From Lachnospiraceae bacterium (lineage in GTDB: Bacteria > Bacillota > Clostridia > Lachnospirales > Lachnospiraceae): a DNA stretch of 64,000 nt. Positions 35,446 through 46,352 of this stretch are shown one piece after another. Both the position numbers and the translations under genes were made by a program. The stretch lies in assembly GCA_051880435.1 (NCBI GenBank), contig JBJENY010000054.1, positions 616-64,615 on the forward strand, given 5' to 3'. Under the pieces are notes generated by a model. It was not told where the DNA came from. It saw nothing but the letters and a program-made list of their open reading frames with translations, and ran no database searches. Numbering within the stretch: the first letter of the stretch is position 1; the number at the start of each line of letters is the position of its first letter.

Positions 35446-36519
35446 TTAATCCTCTAAGTGAAAAATCCCTCTTAATGTTGCATCTTCAACAATGAATTTC
35501 TTTGCTTTTTCCCGATATTGTTCTTCGTGAAGATAGGTATGACGGAATGGTTTAATAGATGGTGACAAATCAATGGCTTTTATATAATCATTTACATCCA
35601 GATTTAAGCTTTTTGCATAAGAAAAGAAACCGGTCTTGGTTAATACAGTGTGAATTCGTTGGTAGCGGTGATCCTGAACCAGACTCATGAGATAAGTGGC
35701 AATACCTACCTGAATACCATGAAGCTGTGGTGTATCGCTGATTTTATCTAATGCATGGGATATTAAATGCTCGCTTCCGCTTGTTGGAAGACTGCTTCCG
35801 GCTATTTCGTTGGCAATCCCGCTCATGGCAAGAGAATCTAATAATTCTTTCAGAAATAAATTATCTTTAATAGTGGAAAAAGGGGTACGGACAAAGCTAT
35901 TTACGGCCTTTTTTGCAATCATCATGGCGCAGTCATTGACTTCTCCATATCCACAAGCCTCCTCATAGACCCAGTCATATAAAGCAGTAATTTTAGAAAC
36001 CATGTCCCCTATGCCTGAATATAAAAAGCGTTCCGGAGCGCTTTTAATAACCTCTGTATCAGCAATAATGCCGTAAGCCATTTTTGCCGGGACGGAATTA
36101 CGACGTCCGTTTATTAATAAAGATGCACTGGCACTGGAAAAACCATCGCTTGATGCTGATGTTGGAACGCTGATGAAGGGCACTTTTCTAAGAAAACTGC
36201 TGTATTTTGCTGCGTCAATGACTTTGCCTCCACCAAGACCAATAATTGCCTGGGTTTTTGCCGGAAGGGAAAAGGCAAGGGTGGTAATATCGTCAAGATT
36301 AACTGTATCAAGTTCCATATATTCTAACACTTCAATCTGAGCCTCTTTTAGTGAAGCCATAACTGTGCTGCCAAACATATCGATTAATCCATTTCCAAAA
36401 AAAATGACAACTTTATGAAGCTCATTTTCTGCAAGAAAGTGACCAATGTGATAAAGGGCATTTTGTTCTACCTTTAATAGTGCGGGAATGGCAATGTAAT
36501 CATTGTTAATTTTTCTCAT
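35446..36519 (-). CDS. sn-glycerol-1-phosphate dehydrogenase-like (AraM/EgsA branch of iron-type alcohol dehydrogenases)
   Basis: GLGGGKVIDAAKY nucleotide loop; ..VPTSASSDGFSS.., ..GIGDMVSK.., ..SGSEHLISHALD.. as in G1PDH/AraM-type enzymes as I recall them. AAGGAG lies 6 nt before ATG 36519. Confidence 0.6.
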   Translation of the reverse strand: MRKINNDYIAIPALLKVEQNALYHIGHFLAENELHKVVIFFGNGLIDMFGSTVMASLKEAQIEVLEYMELDTVNLDDITTLAFSLPAKTQAIIGLGGGKVIDAAKYSSFLRKVPFISVPTSASSDGFSSASASLLINGRRNSVPAKMAYGIIADTEVIKSAPERFLYSGIGDMVSKITALYDWVYEEACGYGEVNDCAMMIAKKAVNSFVRTPFSTIKDNLFLKELLDSLAMSGIANEIAGSSLPTSGSEHLISHALDKISDTPQLHGIQVGIATYLMSLVQDHRYQRIHTVLTKTGFFSYAKSLNLDVNDYIKAIDLSPSIKPFRHTYLHEEQYREKAKKFIVEDATLRGIFHLED

Positions 36520-36821
36520 TTTGTACTCCTTCTTATGTGTTGATATGTTAAATGTATTATGTTCTTTGTTTGTCATAACAGAAATCCTTTTTTATTTAGT
36601 ATAAACAGATTCTGTTTACTTCAAACATCTTATATGTTACCACAAAAAATAAAATTGTTGCGTTATTTTTGACAAAGAAAGATATTTTTGTAGTTTTATT
36701 ATTAGTATTAGTCTTTTTTTAAAATATTGTTTATTTTTTTCCGCTTTTTTGATAAAATGTGTATAGTTATTTCGTTTTTTTGAATGAAAATAAATAAGGA
36801 CCATGAGGGGAGGCTTATTTT

Positions 36822-38792
36822 ATGGGGCAAATATCATTAAGTAAAAGAATTGAACAGGCATTTAATAAAATTGTTACCAGTGTGTTATTTATCGTTGCAA
36901 TGGAGTATTTGTTGATTGCCATTTTGTTAATTATTAATAGTGTGATTTCAGATGTGAAATCAGATGCACTTCAATATGCGGTAAAAGTGGATACTGCCAT
37001 GGAAGAAAAAATCAGTATGATTAATTCTGTTGCAGGTACCATTAATAGTGGGACGGTTGAAGGCCATGATGCAGTTTTAGCTTATGTTGATTCCATGGTT
37101 GCATTGGATGACCAGGTATCTGCTGTGTATAGCTGCTATGATGAAAATATTACGATTATGAGTGGCGGCTGGATACCACCGGATGATTTTATTGTAACAG
37201 AAAGAGAATGGTATAAGGGTGCCCAGGCAAATCCTGATGAAGTTTATATTTCAGATCCCTATGTAGATATGCAAACAGGTGGAATTTGTATTACACTGGC
37301 AAAGGCTACCTATAAGGATGGGGAGTTAAACGGCGTTGTTGGTATGGATATGTATATGAATGATTTGGTATCCTTGATTTCCGATAGCTATAATGGGAAC
37401 AGTTATGTATTCCTGTCAACCGCAGGTGGAACAGTGTTAGTACATCCTAATGAAGAATATTGTTTGAAGGATGAAACGGGTGTAACAGTTGATGAGGCAA
37501 ATCATGGAAGATATGCCCAGTTAATCAAAAAGGATAACAGAGTAAAGCTTCTTTTAGATTATAAAGGTGGTTTTAAATTAGCGTCTTCTGCTACGTCTGC
37601 TTCTACGGGATGGAAGCTTGTTTCTGTACAGGCAATGACTTCCTCATTGTTGTTAGTGTTTGTGATTGTTGTGCTGTTTATGACGATTTTTGCAGTTACT
37701 CGTATGATTGCAAAGAAAAACATGGTAAGGCGTGTGGAGCATTTGTTCTCTCCATTAGCATCTATTAGTGGAAAAATGTCAATGATTGCAGATGGAGATT
37801 TGGATGTTGTTTTTGATGAAGAACGTAATTCCATTGAGATTGAGAACTTAACGGAATCGCTAAATGGAACCATTGAAAGTCTGGGAAATTATATTAATCA
37901 AATTACAGAAACCGTAACAGCTATTTCCAATAAGGATTTAACGGTATCCATTGATACGGATTTCAAAGGAAGCTATGTTCAGATAAAAGAATCTTTAGAG
38001 GAAATTATTGTGAATTTAAACCTTGCCTTTGGGCAGATTAAAACAGAATCTCAAAGAGTATATGAATATTCTAACCAGTTAGCAGAAACTTCAGAAGGTG
38101 TTGCAGAAAGTGCGACAACTCAGAATTTAGCCATTGGTTCTGTTGCTGCGGATATGGAAAGACTTACAAGACAAACACAACAGATTACAGAAGGTGCAAT
38201 GAAAATTCGTGAGAATTCAGAGTTGACAAATAATCATTTAAAAGAAAGTGAAGAAAAAATGCAGGCGTTGGTTGAGGCTATGGATTTAATTGAACGTAGC
38301 TCCAACCAGATTGTTGCATTTGCAGTTGAAATTGCAAATATTTCAGATCAGACAAATCTGTTAGCATTAAATGCTTCTATTGAGGCGGCAAGAGCAGGAG
38401 AAGCCGGTAAGGGATTTGCGGTTGTAGCAAGTGAAATTGGTGCCCTGGCAACCTCAAGTGCAGAGGCTAGTGAGAATATTAGCAGACTGATTATGGAATC
38501 AAAACAAGCTGTACAAAAGGGAAAAGAAATGGTAGATACTACCTCTGAGACAATGAAACTTGGGGTACAGGATTCTTTGGAAGCTGAAGAACAGATTGAT
38601 GAAATTGTAGATTCAGTAAAGGATCAGCAAAACTATATTGAGAATATCAATCGTTCTCTTAGAAATGTTGCCGATTTGGTAGAGGCAAATGCTTCAAGTG
38701 CAGAAGAAAACACAGCTATTAGCCAGGAGCTTAATGTTTGTTCCCAAACCCTTATGGATATGGCTAATTCATTCCGGTTAAGAGATGAATAA
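36822..38792 (+). CDS. methyl-accepting chemotaxis protein (double-Cache-type sensor)
   Basis: TM, extracytoplasmic domain of about 250 aa, TM, HAMP, then the signalling hairpin [27 protein letters not shown]. Confidence 0.92.
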   Translation: MGQISLSKRIEQAFNKIVTSVLFIVAMEYLLIAILLIINSVISDVKSDALQYAVKVDTAMEEKISMINSVAGTINSGTVEGHDAVLAYVDSMVALDDQVSAVYSCYDENITIMSGGWIPPDDFIVTEREWYKGAQANPDEVYISDPYVDMQTGGICITLAKATYKDGELNGVVGMDMYMNDLVSLISDSYNGNSYVFLSTAGGTVLVHPNEEYCLKDETGVTVDEANHGRYAQLIKKDNRVKLLLDYKGGFKLASSATSASTGWKLVSVQAMTSSLLLVFVIVVLFMTIFAVTRMIAKKNMVRRVEHLFSPLASISGKMSMIADGDLDVVFDEERNSIEIENLTESLNGTIESLGNYINQITETVTAISNKDLTVSIDTDFKGSYVQIKESLEEIIVNLNLAFGQIKTESQRVYEYSNQLAETSEGVAESATTQNLAIGSVAADMERLTRQTQQITEGAMKIRENSELTNNHLKESEEKMQALVEAMDLIERSSNQIVAFAVEIANISDQTNLLALNASIEAARAGEAGKGFAVVASEIGALATSSAEASENISRLIMESKQAVQKGKEMVDTTSETMKLGVQDSLEAEEQIDEIVDSVKDQQNYIENINRSLRNVADLVEANASSAEENTAISQELNVCSQTLMDMANSFRLRDE

Positions 38793-38821
38793 GTTTTGAT
38801 TATGATTTGATAGATTTTATT

Positions 38822-38880
38822 ACACACTTTCTTTTGAAGGGATTCCGTTAATGGAGCCGTCATGGAAAGTGTGTTTTTTT
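38822..38880 (+). terminator. terminator-like split palindrome (10-bp arms, 33-nt interior) + T7
   Basis: ACACACTTTC (38822-38831) / GAAAGTGTGT (38865-38874), then TTTTTT. Confidence 0.6.
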
Positions 38881-38884
38881 GTAA

Positions 38885-39058
38885 CCATAATGTGATGAAG
38901 AATGATGAAGCGTGAATCCTACGATGGACGTTTAATGTGATGAAGCTATGGATCATGTGATGGGATATATCAGATGACAAAGCTATAGATTATCTGATGA
39001 AATTTTTAGATGATAAAGCTATGGATTATCTGACGGACATTATCAGATGATGAAGGTG
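38885..39058. repeat. degenerate ~25-30-bp direct repeats rich in GATGA
   Basis: Examples: TGTGATGAAGCTATGGATCA, CAGATGACAAAGCTATAGATTATCTGA, TAGATGATAAAGCTATGGATTATCTGA. They lie immediately upstream of the MATE gene. Confidence 0.7.
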
Positions 39059-39076
39059 GAATAGAGGTGAAAATTT

Positions 39077-40450
39077 ATGAAACAAAATAGTATATATGGA
39101 AAAGCCATGAAGCTGGCTATTCCAATGATGATACAAAATGGAATTACCAATGCAGTGGGATTGGTAGATAATGTTATGGTAGGAAGTCTGGGAACGGAAT
39201 CTATGACTGCGGTATCCATTGTCGGACAATTAATGTTTGTATTTAATTTGGCTGTGTTTGGTGGATTATCGGGACCTACCATTTACGGTGCTCAGTATTT
39301 TGGAAAAGGAGATGAAAAAGGATTTCAAAATGTATTTCGCTTAAAATGGTGGATTGGAATCTTTTGCTTTCTTGTAGGAAATTTCGTGTTTCTTTTGTTT
39401 GGCAATCAGTTGATTTCCTTGTATTTGCATGGAAATGATGGTGGAATTGACCCTATGCTTACGCTTGATTATGGAAAACAATATTTGGATATTATGTTAT
39501 GCTGTTTATTCCCGTTTATTGTAACTCAGATTTACGCCAGTAGTTTGAGAGAAACAGGAGACAGTATTAAACCCATGGTTGCGGGAATCTGTTCCGTAGT
39601 TGTTGATATCGTATTTAATTATTTGTTGATTTATGGAAAATTCGGTTTGCCAAGATTAGAGGTAAGAGGAGCGGCAGTTGCAACAGTGCTTGCCCGTATT
39701 GTTGAAATGTCCATTATTGTAATATGGTCTCATAAGGAAGTGAAACGTCATTCCTTCCTGAAAAAAATATATGAGACATTAATGGTGCCAAAGGATATTG
39801 CAGCTATGATAGTCAAAAAAGGCTCGCCTATTTTCTTTAATGAATTTTTGTGGGCAGGAGGAATCGCGGTATTAACCCAGTGTTACTCTACCAGAGGGTT
39901 AAGCGTTGTTGCAGGCTTTAACATTTCCAATGCGATTTGCAATTTGTTAAACGTGGTATTTGTAGCTTTAGGTGGAGCGGTTGGAATTGTGATTGGACAA
40001 TTATTAGGTGCATCAAAGTATGAACAGGCGAAAAAAGATGCTATAAAATTAATGTGGTTTACAGGTGCAATTTGTATTGTGTTGACTGTGATTTTAATAA
40101 GTATCTCAGGAGTATTTCCGAAGCTTTATCAAACTTCTGATGAGGTACGAAAGCTTGGAAGTAGTATTATTGTTATTACAGCATTTTTCTTCCCATTGCA
40201 GGGTTTTTTGAATTCTCTGTATTTTACACTACGTTCCGGTGGAAAAACGGTTATCACCTTTTTGTTTGATAGTGGATTTACATGGGTGGCATGTGTTCCG
40301 GTAGCGTTTTGTTTATGTAAGTTTACCTCGCTGCCAATTCTTACAATCTATGTTGTTGTGCAGTCCTTAGATATGATTAAGGTTATTGTTGGCTATATTT
40401 TGATTAAGAAAGAAGTGTGGATTACGAATCTGGTGGATACCTTGAAGTAA
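39077..40450 (+). CDS. MATE-family efflux transporter
   Basis: 457 aa, 12 TM helices. N-terminal LAIPMMIQNGITNAVGLVDNVMVG is typical of MATE/NorM-like proteins. Confidence 0.9.
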   Translation: MKQNSIYGKAMKLAIPMMIQNGITNAVGLVDNVMVGSLGTESMTAVSIVGQLMFVFNLAVFGGLSGPTIYGAQYFGKGDEKGFQNVFRLKWWIGIFCFLVGNFVFLLFGNQLISLYLHGNDGGIDPMLTLDYGKQYLDIMLCCLFPFIVTQIYASSLRETGDSIKPMVAGICSVVVDIVFNYLLIYGKFGLPRLEVRGAAVATVLARIVEMSIIVIWSHKEVKRHSFLKKIYETLMVPKDIAAMIVKKGSPIFFNEFLWAGGIAVLTQCYSTRGLSVVAGFNISNAICNLLNVVFVALGGAVGIVIGQLLGASKYEQAKKDAIKLMWFTGAICIVLTVILISISGVFPKLYQTSDEVRKLGSSIIVITAFFFPLQGFLNSLYFTLRSGGKTVITFLFDSGFTWVACVPVAFCLCKFTSLPILTIYVVVQSLDMIKVIVGYILIKKEVWITNLVDTLK

Positions 40451-40458
40451 AAATGTGT

Positions 40459-40486
40459 TTGAAAAAAGTTTCTTTAAGGGTATAAT
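40459..40486 (+). promoter_or_regulatory. sigma-A-type promoter of fruK
   Basis: TTGAAA (40459-40464), 16-nt spacer, TATAAT (40481-40486); about 27 nt upstream of the start codon. Confidence 0.55.
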
Positions 40487-40512
40487 CATTAAATGTTTTA
40501 GGAGGGAATTAC

Positions 40513-41418
40513 ATGATTTATACAGTTACATTGAATCCATCTATTGATTACATTATTTCAGTTAAGAATTTTACCTTGGGAAGTGTAAATCGTACAGAAA
40601 AAGAAGTGATGTTTCCCGGAGGAAAGGGAATTAATGTATCCCTTGTACTTAAAAATATGGATGTGGAAAGTACGGCTCTTGGATTTGTAGCCGGTTTTAC
40701 AGGAGAGGAAATCAGAAAAAGAATTCATGAATTTGGTGTGGTGGAAGAATTCATTGAAGTAAGAGAAGGGATGTCCCGTATTAATGTTAAACTTCATTCA
40801 AATGAAGAAAGCGAGATTAATGGGAGAGGTCCTGCTATCAAAGAACATGATGTGAAGTCTTTCCTGCAGCAATTAAGACAGTTAAAGGATGGTGATGTTT
40901 TAGTACTTGCAGGAAGTATTCCTAATGGTATGCCGGATACTATGTATGGTGACATCATGAGCGGTTTGAAGGATAAAGATGTAATGGTAGTGGTAGACGC
41001 AACCGGAGATTTGCTTATGAATGTGTTAGCATATCATCCATTTTTAGTCAAACCAAATCATCATGAATTAGGTGATATTTTTGATGTGGAGATTCATACA
41101 AGAGAGGAAGCCATTCCTTATGCAAGGAAACTTCAGGATTTGGGTGCAAGAAATGTTTTAGTATCTATGGCAGGAGAAGGTGCAGTTTTAGTAGCAGAGG
41201 ATGGTAATGCTTATCAAAGTGAGGCACCAAAGGGAATGGTTGTAAATTCCGTAGGTGCAGGTGATTCTATGGTGGCAGGTTTTCTTTATGGTTATACAAC
41301 AAAGAAAAGCTATGAAGGTGCATTTTATTATGGATTATGTACCGGAAGTGCCAGTGCTTTTTCGGAAAATCTTGCAACAAAAGAAGAGGTAGAAACACTA
41401 TTATCCCAATTGCAGTAA
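40513..41418 (+). CDS. fruK: 1-phosphofructokinase (PfkB family)
   Basis: MIYTVTLNPSIDY start, GGKGINV, and the C-terminal GAGDSMVAG PfkB signature. Confidence 0.88.
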   Translation: MIYTVTLNPSIDYIISVKNFTLGSVNRTEKEVMFPGGKGINVSLVLKNMDVESTALGFVAGFTGEEIRKRIHEFGVVEEFIEVREGMSRINVKLHSNEESEINGRGPAIKEHDVKSFLQQLRQLKDGDVLVLAGSIPNGMPDTMYGDIMSGLKDKDVMVVVDATGDLLMNVLAYHPFLVKPNHHELGDIFDVEIHTREEAIPYARKLQDLGARNVLVSMAGEGAVLVAEDGNAYQSEAPKGMVVNSVGAGDSMVAGFLYGYTTKKSYEGAFYYGLCTGSASAFSENLATKEEVETLLSQLQ

Positions 41419-41578
41419 CGGAATCGATATCCTTTTTTATTATCTTATCTTTTTTATCAAAACGCCAGCTCTGGCAAACCATTTATACAATCTGTGTACG
41501 TGTCTACGATGGTAGATATACTGTATAAAAATGTTTGCCAAGGCTGGCGTTAGTATGTTCTGTATGAATGGGGGCAAC

Positions 41579-43174
41579 CTATCTGTCCCACTTATCACAT
41601 AGGTTATTAATCTGACTGGTAAACTTAATTAGGTCTTTATTTGCACCGCCCTTGTTGTGGGCGATAACAGTAAGTAAACGGTTGCCTGCTGCCACAAGCC
41701 GGTCAAAGATTGTCTGGGCACGGAATGCCTTCTGACTGATTTTAACCTTCTTGGTTGTTACACCTGCGGAAATTAATTCGTCATTTGCAAGGTCGAATTC
41801 GCCGCCGGAAAATGGTGCGATGGCCTGATAACCTTCTTCTCTGATTAACATCTTAAAGTTTTCACAAACCGTATCCTCTCCATGTACAACAAATACCTTT
41901 GGTTTGTTTTCAAAGGAATGTAACCATTGTAATAAACCTCGTTGATCCGCATGACCACTAATACCGTCAAGCTTTTCAATATGAGCCTTCACATCAATGG
42001 ATTCACCAAATAATTTAACACTGGTGGCTCCTTCTAAAATACTTCTTCCTAATGTTCCATGAGCCTGGTAGCCTACAAACAAAATGGTATTTTTTGCTTC
42101 CCAAAGATTGTGTTTTAAATGATGTCTGATTCGTCCGGCTTCACACATTCCTGAAGCGGAAATAATCACCTTTGGATTTGGATTAAAGTTAATGGCTTTG
42201 GAATCCTCACTTGTTGTGGAGGTTTTTAGTCCCGGAAATGCAATTGGGTTAATTCCCTGGCGGACAAGCGCCATTGCTTCGTCATCAAAACAGCTTTCTA
42301 CATTTTTATGGAAAATATTTGTTGCTTCAATTGCAAGTGGGCTGTCAACGTATACTTCAAAATCCGGATAATCCGGTAATAAATTATCGTATTTGATTTT
42401 GCGGATAAAGTACAGTAATTCCTGTGTTCTTCCTACTGCAAAAGAAGGAATTACTACATTACCCTTTCGATCAAAGGTTTCTTTTATGATTCTTGTCAGT
42501 TCCTTTACATAGTCTGGTGTTCCACCATGATTACGATCTCCATAGGTGGATTCCATTACAACGTAATCAGCTTCTTTTAAATATTGTGGGTCTTTTATAA
42601 TTGGCTGGTTAATATTTCCAATATCCCCGGAAAATACAATCTTTTTGGAAACGTCACCCTCTGTTAACCAGATTTCAATACTTGCTGAACCAAGTAAATG
42701 ACCTACATCAGAAAATCTGACAGTGATTCCTTCTGCAATATCAATGGATGTATCATAATCACAGGGAATAAAATGTTCCAATACACCAATGGCATCGTCC
42801 ATTGTATAAAGTGGAACGTACTCGGGTTCTCCGGCACGTTTTGCCTTACGGTTACGCCATTCTGCTTCAAATTCCTGAATGTGAGCACTGTCCCGAAGCA
42901 TAATATTACACAAATCAGTGGTGGCTTTTGTTGTATATACCTGACCCCGGAATCCCTTTGCATACATAAGCGGAATCAATCCGGAATGGTCGATGTGGGC
43001 ATGAGTTAGTAATATGTAATCAACATCAGAAGGATTCATAGGTATCTCCTGATTTTCGTACACATCCTGACCTTGTTCCATACCGCAATCAATCAGTATG
43101 TTTTTGCCACAGGCTTGTAGACAGTGACAGCTACCGGTTACTTCGTGGTCTGCGCCAATAAAAGTAAGTTTCAT
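41579..43174 (-). CDS. MBL-fold beta-CASP ribonuclease-like hydrolase
   Basis: MKLTFIGA start, HxHxDH motif (THAHIDHSG), beta-CASP region and C-terminal H (ISGHAD), plus a C-terminal extension of about 90 aa. Confidence 0.8.
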   Translation of the reverse strand: MKLTFIGADHEVTGSCHCLQACGKNILIDCGMEQGQDVYENQEIPMNPSDVDYILLTHAHIDHSGLIPLMYAKGFRGQVYTTKATTDLCNIMLRDSAHIQEFEAEWRNRKAKRAGEPEYVPLYTMDDAIGVLEHFIPCDYDTSIDIAEGITVRFSDVGHLLGSASIEIWLTEGDVSKKIVFSGDIGNINQPIIKDPQYLKEADYVVMESTYGDRNHGGTPDYVKELTRIIKETFDRKGNVVIPSFAVGRTQELLYFIRKIKYDNLLPDYPDFEVYVDSPLAIEATNIFHKNVESCFDDEAMALVRQGINPIAFPGLKTSTTSEDSKAINFNPNPKVIISASGMCEAGRIRHHLKHNLWEAKNTILFVGYQAHGTLGRSILEGATSVKLFGESIDVKAHIEKLDGISGHADQRGLLQWLHSFENKPKVFVVHGEDTVCENFKMLIREEGYQAIAPFSGGEFDLANDELISAGVTTKKVKISQKAFRAQTIFDRLVAAGNRLLTVIAHNKGGANKDLIKFTSQINNLCDKWDR

Positions 43175-43230
43175 AAGTAACACCCCTTTCATATTTAAGA
43201 AACATGATTCCCCAAATTCGTGTTTCTTTC

Positions 43231-44886
43231 TTATTTAATTAAATGCAATTTACTTGCAATTTTTACGAGAACCAAACCCTTTGGAAAAGCAGAAAGGGTT
43301 TCTTTTGTATAGCCGCCGATTTTAATCATGGCAATAAAATATATTATGGCGGCAATTCCGATGGAAAGCAATACAGAAACTGCGTTGCTGATAAATTCAC
43401 CGGCAAAAAGTCTCATTGCCATAAACAATAATTTGTATCCTACAAAAGCAGCTACTCCCATAACTGCAGAGGACGCAACGGGAATCCATAAAATGGTTTT
43501 CCAGTCAATATGATAATCTAATTCTTTTTTTACACTTCGATAATTCATGAATACAACAACAATGGCATAAAAGGCTGTAGCTGCAATTAAGGAATAAGTA
43601 CCAAAGCCCATAAGTAACATAGGAACTAATACCAATATATGAAGTACCAATGCAGTAAGTGAACTGATTACCGGAACATTTACTTTACCAATGCCCTGTA
43701 AAACTCCGTTGAGAACACTGGAAATTCCGTAAATAACAATGGAAAAACCACCAAATAACAATAGGTATGCCACCGTGTGATTATCTGCTGTGTTTAATCG
43801 GTAATATACAAGTGCCACAATCTGACGCCCTAATACGGCAAAACCAAATGCACAGGGAACGGTAAGGGTCATGGCAAGCTGCATGGACTGTGTGATTTTT
43901 CTGTTACATTCTTTTTTGTTACCGACTGCAAAAGCTGCTGAAATCCCCGGAATAACAGCTGAGGCAACGGCAGCGGCCATAGCAATTGGGACGTTTGCCA
44001 ATACAAGATAGTAACGGCTGTAAAGTCCGTATTGTCCATCTACAAGTTCTTTGTCAGTGCCCATAGCATATAAAATCTTGTCGTGTATTGTCATGTCAAG
44101 AGGAACGTTGATGTTATAAATAGCAGAGCTTAAAATGATTGGTGTAGCAATCATTAATAACAAACGAATAACCTCTTTGTAGCTCATAACGGATTCTGAT
44201 GTATCTAGTTTTATATTTTCTTTTAGGTCTTTTTTTCTATTTTGAAATAAAAATGTAATATAAACAAGTCCTGCCAAAGCAGCAATTCCGGTACCAAGGG
44301 TTCCCCCTGCTGCACCATAGATATCTGCATTCTGTCCTTTGTTCGTTGCGATATTCATAAATAAAACAGCGGCACCAATACTGAAAATTGCATTGAAAAT
44401 CTGCTCAACAATTTGAGAAACGGATGTAGGCACCATATTTCCATAGGCTTGAAAATAACCTCTGTATACACTTAAAAAACCGGAAATAAAAACAGTAGGT
44501 GCCAATATGCGAAGTGCGGGGATGGTATTCTTCGTTACTAAAACAGGCGCGGCAAAATATGTGAATAATGCTGCAATACCACCCACTACAAGTACATAAA
44601 GCATAGAGCCTTTCAATATTCTGTTAACATTTTTGTATTCCCCTTTTTGAATATATTCTGCCATGATTTTTGAAACAGCACTGGGAATACTAAAAGTGGC
44701 AATTAATAATATAAAGGCATATATTGTTTGGGCCCTGCCGTAATATCCATTTCCTACAGGACCTAGCATATTTGCAAATGGAATGTTATAAAGCATTCCG
44801 ATTAACTTAGAAACAATGCTGGCCACAGCTAAAATAGTAGCCTGCATCGCAAAATTTGTAGCAATTTTTTTCTTGTTACCTGACAT
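43231..44886 (-). CDS. MOP-superfamily flippase (polysaccharide biosynthesis / SpoVB-MurJ-like)
   Basis: 551 aa with about 14 TM helices. The N-terminus ..NFAMQATILAVASIVSKLIGMLYNIPFANMLG.. is typical of SpoVB/Wzx-type proteins. Confidence 0.75.
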   Translation of the reverse strand: MSGNKKKIATNFAMQATILAVASIVSKLIGMLYNIPFANMLGPVGNGYYGRAQTIYAFILLIATFSIPSAVSKIMAEYIQKGEYKNVNRILKGSMLYVLVVGGIAALFTYFAAPVLVTKNTIPALRILAPTVFISGFLSVYRGYFQAYGNMVPTSVSQIVEQIFNAIFSIGAAVLFMNIATNKGQNADIYGAAGGTLGTGIAALAGLVYITFLFQNRKKDLKENIKLDTSESVMSYKEVIRLLLMIATPIILSSAIYNINVPLDMTIHDKILYAMGTDKELVDGQYGLYSRYYLVLANVPIAMAAAVASAVIPGISAAFAVGNKKECNRKITQSMQLAMTLTVPCAFGFAVLGRQIVALVYYRLNTADNHTVAYLLLFGGFSIVIYGISSVLNGVLQGIGKVNVPVISSLTALVLHILVLVPMLLMGFGTYSLIAATAFYAIVVVFMNYRSVKKELDYHIDWKTILWIPVASSAVMGVAAFVGYKLLFMAMRLFAGEFISNAVSVLLSIGIAAIIYFIAMIKIGGYTKETLSAFPKGLVLVKIASKLHLIK

Positions 44887-45045
44887 AAATGAATCCTCAT
44901 TATAAAATATATATGTATTCTTTAGGATGAGAAAATCCGATTGGTTGTATTCTTATTAAATATAGATAAACATACTAGTAAATCATACCATATAATAAGG
45001 TATTCTTCAAGAAAATGGGAAATATAAAAAATATGAGAATATGGG

Positions 45046-45073
45046 TTGACATTTTAAGGAAAAGAAGTATAAT
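45046..45073 (+). promoter_or_regulatory. sigma-A-type promoter of cysK
   Basis: TTGACA (45046-45051), 16-nt spacer, TATAAT (45068-45073). Confidence 0.6.
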
Positions 45074-45080
45074 ACTCATA

Positions 45081-45105
45081 TATTCCTACTAAACATATAG
45101 GATAA
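45081..45105 (+). promoter_or_regulatory. candidate CymR/Rrf2 operator in cysK leader
   Basis: TATTCCTACTAAACATATAGGATAA, an imperfect dyad (TCCTA/TAGGA), lies right after the -10. ATTCCTA resembles the AATTCCKAT half of the CymR box as I recall it. An Rrf2 gene lies directly downstream of cysK. Confidence 0.3.
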
Positions 45106-45146
45106 ACGGAAAGATAGCGTATTGAATGATTAAGGAGGATAGGAAA

Positions 45147-46082
45147 ATGGGAGATATTAAAGAAAGTGCATTAGAATTAATTGGAGGAACACCGATTTTA
45201 AAATTATCTCGTTATGGAAAAAAGGCAGGAGTGACAGAGGCTACGATTCTTGCCAAGCTTGAGTATTTGAATCCGGCAGGTTCTGTAAAGGATCGTGTTG
45301 CTTTGGCTATGATTGAGGATGCAGAGCAGAAGGGATTGTTAAAACCGGGGGCAACAATTATTGAACCAACCTCAGGAAATACCGGTATTGGTCTTGCTGC
45401 AGTAGCTACTGCAAAGGGTTATAAAGCAATTCTTACTTTGCCGGATACCATGAGTGTTGAAAGACGTAATTTATTAAAAGCCTATGGTGCTGAACTTGTT
45501 TTGACAGAAGGTGCAAAAGGAATGAAGGGTGCCATTGCAAAGGCTGAGGAGCTGAATAAAGAAATCGAAGGTTCCATTATACTTGGCCAGTTTGTTAATC
45601 CTGCAAATCCGGCAATGCATAAAGCCACTACAGGTCCTGAAATTTGGGAGCAGACCGATGGAAAAGTAGATATTTTTGTTGCCGGTGTTGGTACAGGTGG
45701 AACTGTTACCGGTGTTGGTGAGTATTTGAAATCAAAAAATCCGGATGTGAAGGTTGTGGCAGTGGAGCCCGCTACTTCTCCTGTTTTGTCAAAGGGAGAA
45801 GCAGGTGCCCATAAGATTCAGGGAATTGGTGCAGGCTTTGTTCCTGACGTATTAAATACCGCTGTATATGATGAAATTATTGCAATTGAAAATGAAGATG
45901 CCTTTGCAGAAGGTAGGGCTTTTGCTGTAAGTGAAGGCATTTTGGTTGGCATTTCTTCCGGTGCTGCATTAAAGGCTGCAACCATATTAGCTGCCCGTCC
46001 GGAAAATAAAGGAAAAAATATTGTTGTATTGCTTCCGGATTCGGGAGACCGTTATTTATCAACAGCGTTGTTTAATCATTAA
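45147..46082 (+). CDS. cysK: cysteine synthase A (O-acetylserine sulfhydrylase)
   Basis: PLP-lysine context [19 protein letters not shown] loop, GVGTGGT. AAGGAGG lies 8 nt before ATG 45147. Confidence 0.93.
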   Translation: MGDIKESALELIGGTPILKLSRYGKKAGVTEATILAKLEYLNPAGSVKDRVALAMIEDAEQKGLLKPGATIIEPTSGNTGIGLAAVATAKGYKAILTLPDTMSVERRNLLKAYGAELVLTEGAKGMKGAIAKAEELNKEIEGSIILGQFVNPANPAMHKATTGPEIWEQTDGKVDIFVAGVGTGGTVTGVGEYLKSKNPDVKVVAVEPATSPVLSKGEAGAHKIQGIGAGFVPDVLNTAVYDEIIAIENEDAFAEGRAFAVSEGILVGISSGAALKAATILAARPENKGKNIVVLLPDSGDRYLSTALFNH

Positions 46083-46135
46083 TGGTTTGTAGTTGTGAAT
46101 GCTAATCATTGATTGAATGAATACGTAAATTTAAT

Positions 46136-46179
46136 CCCCATAAGCAAGATGAATATTATCACCTGTTTATGGGGTTTTT
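46136..46179 (+). terminator. terminator after cysK (8-bp arms, 23-nt interior)
   Basis: CCCCATAA (46136-46143) / TTATGGGG (46167-46174), then TTTTT. Confidence 0.65.
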
Positions 46180-46216
46180 GTTTTCCCTATAAACCTATCA
46201 ATGAAATATGGATTCG

Positions 46217-46245
46217 TTGACAAAATGGTTAGAATCCCTTAAAAT
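46217..46245 (+). promoter_or_regulatory. sigma-A-type promoter of the rrf2-tcdA-ttcA operon
   Basis: TTGACA (46217-46222), 17-nt spacer, TAAAAT (46240-46245). Confidence 0.55.
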
Positions 46246-46352
46246 ATCAAAAAAACAGATATGAATGTTACGAATAATATGTGATAAAAAAGCTTGTAGG
46301 TGAATAGATATTTTGCAAAGATGGAATGTTATTTGAAAGGAGTTGATGAAAA

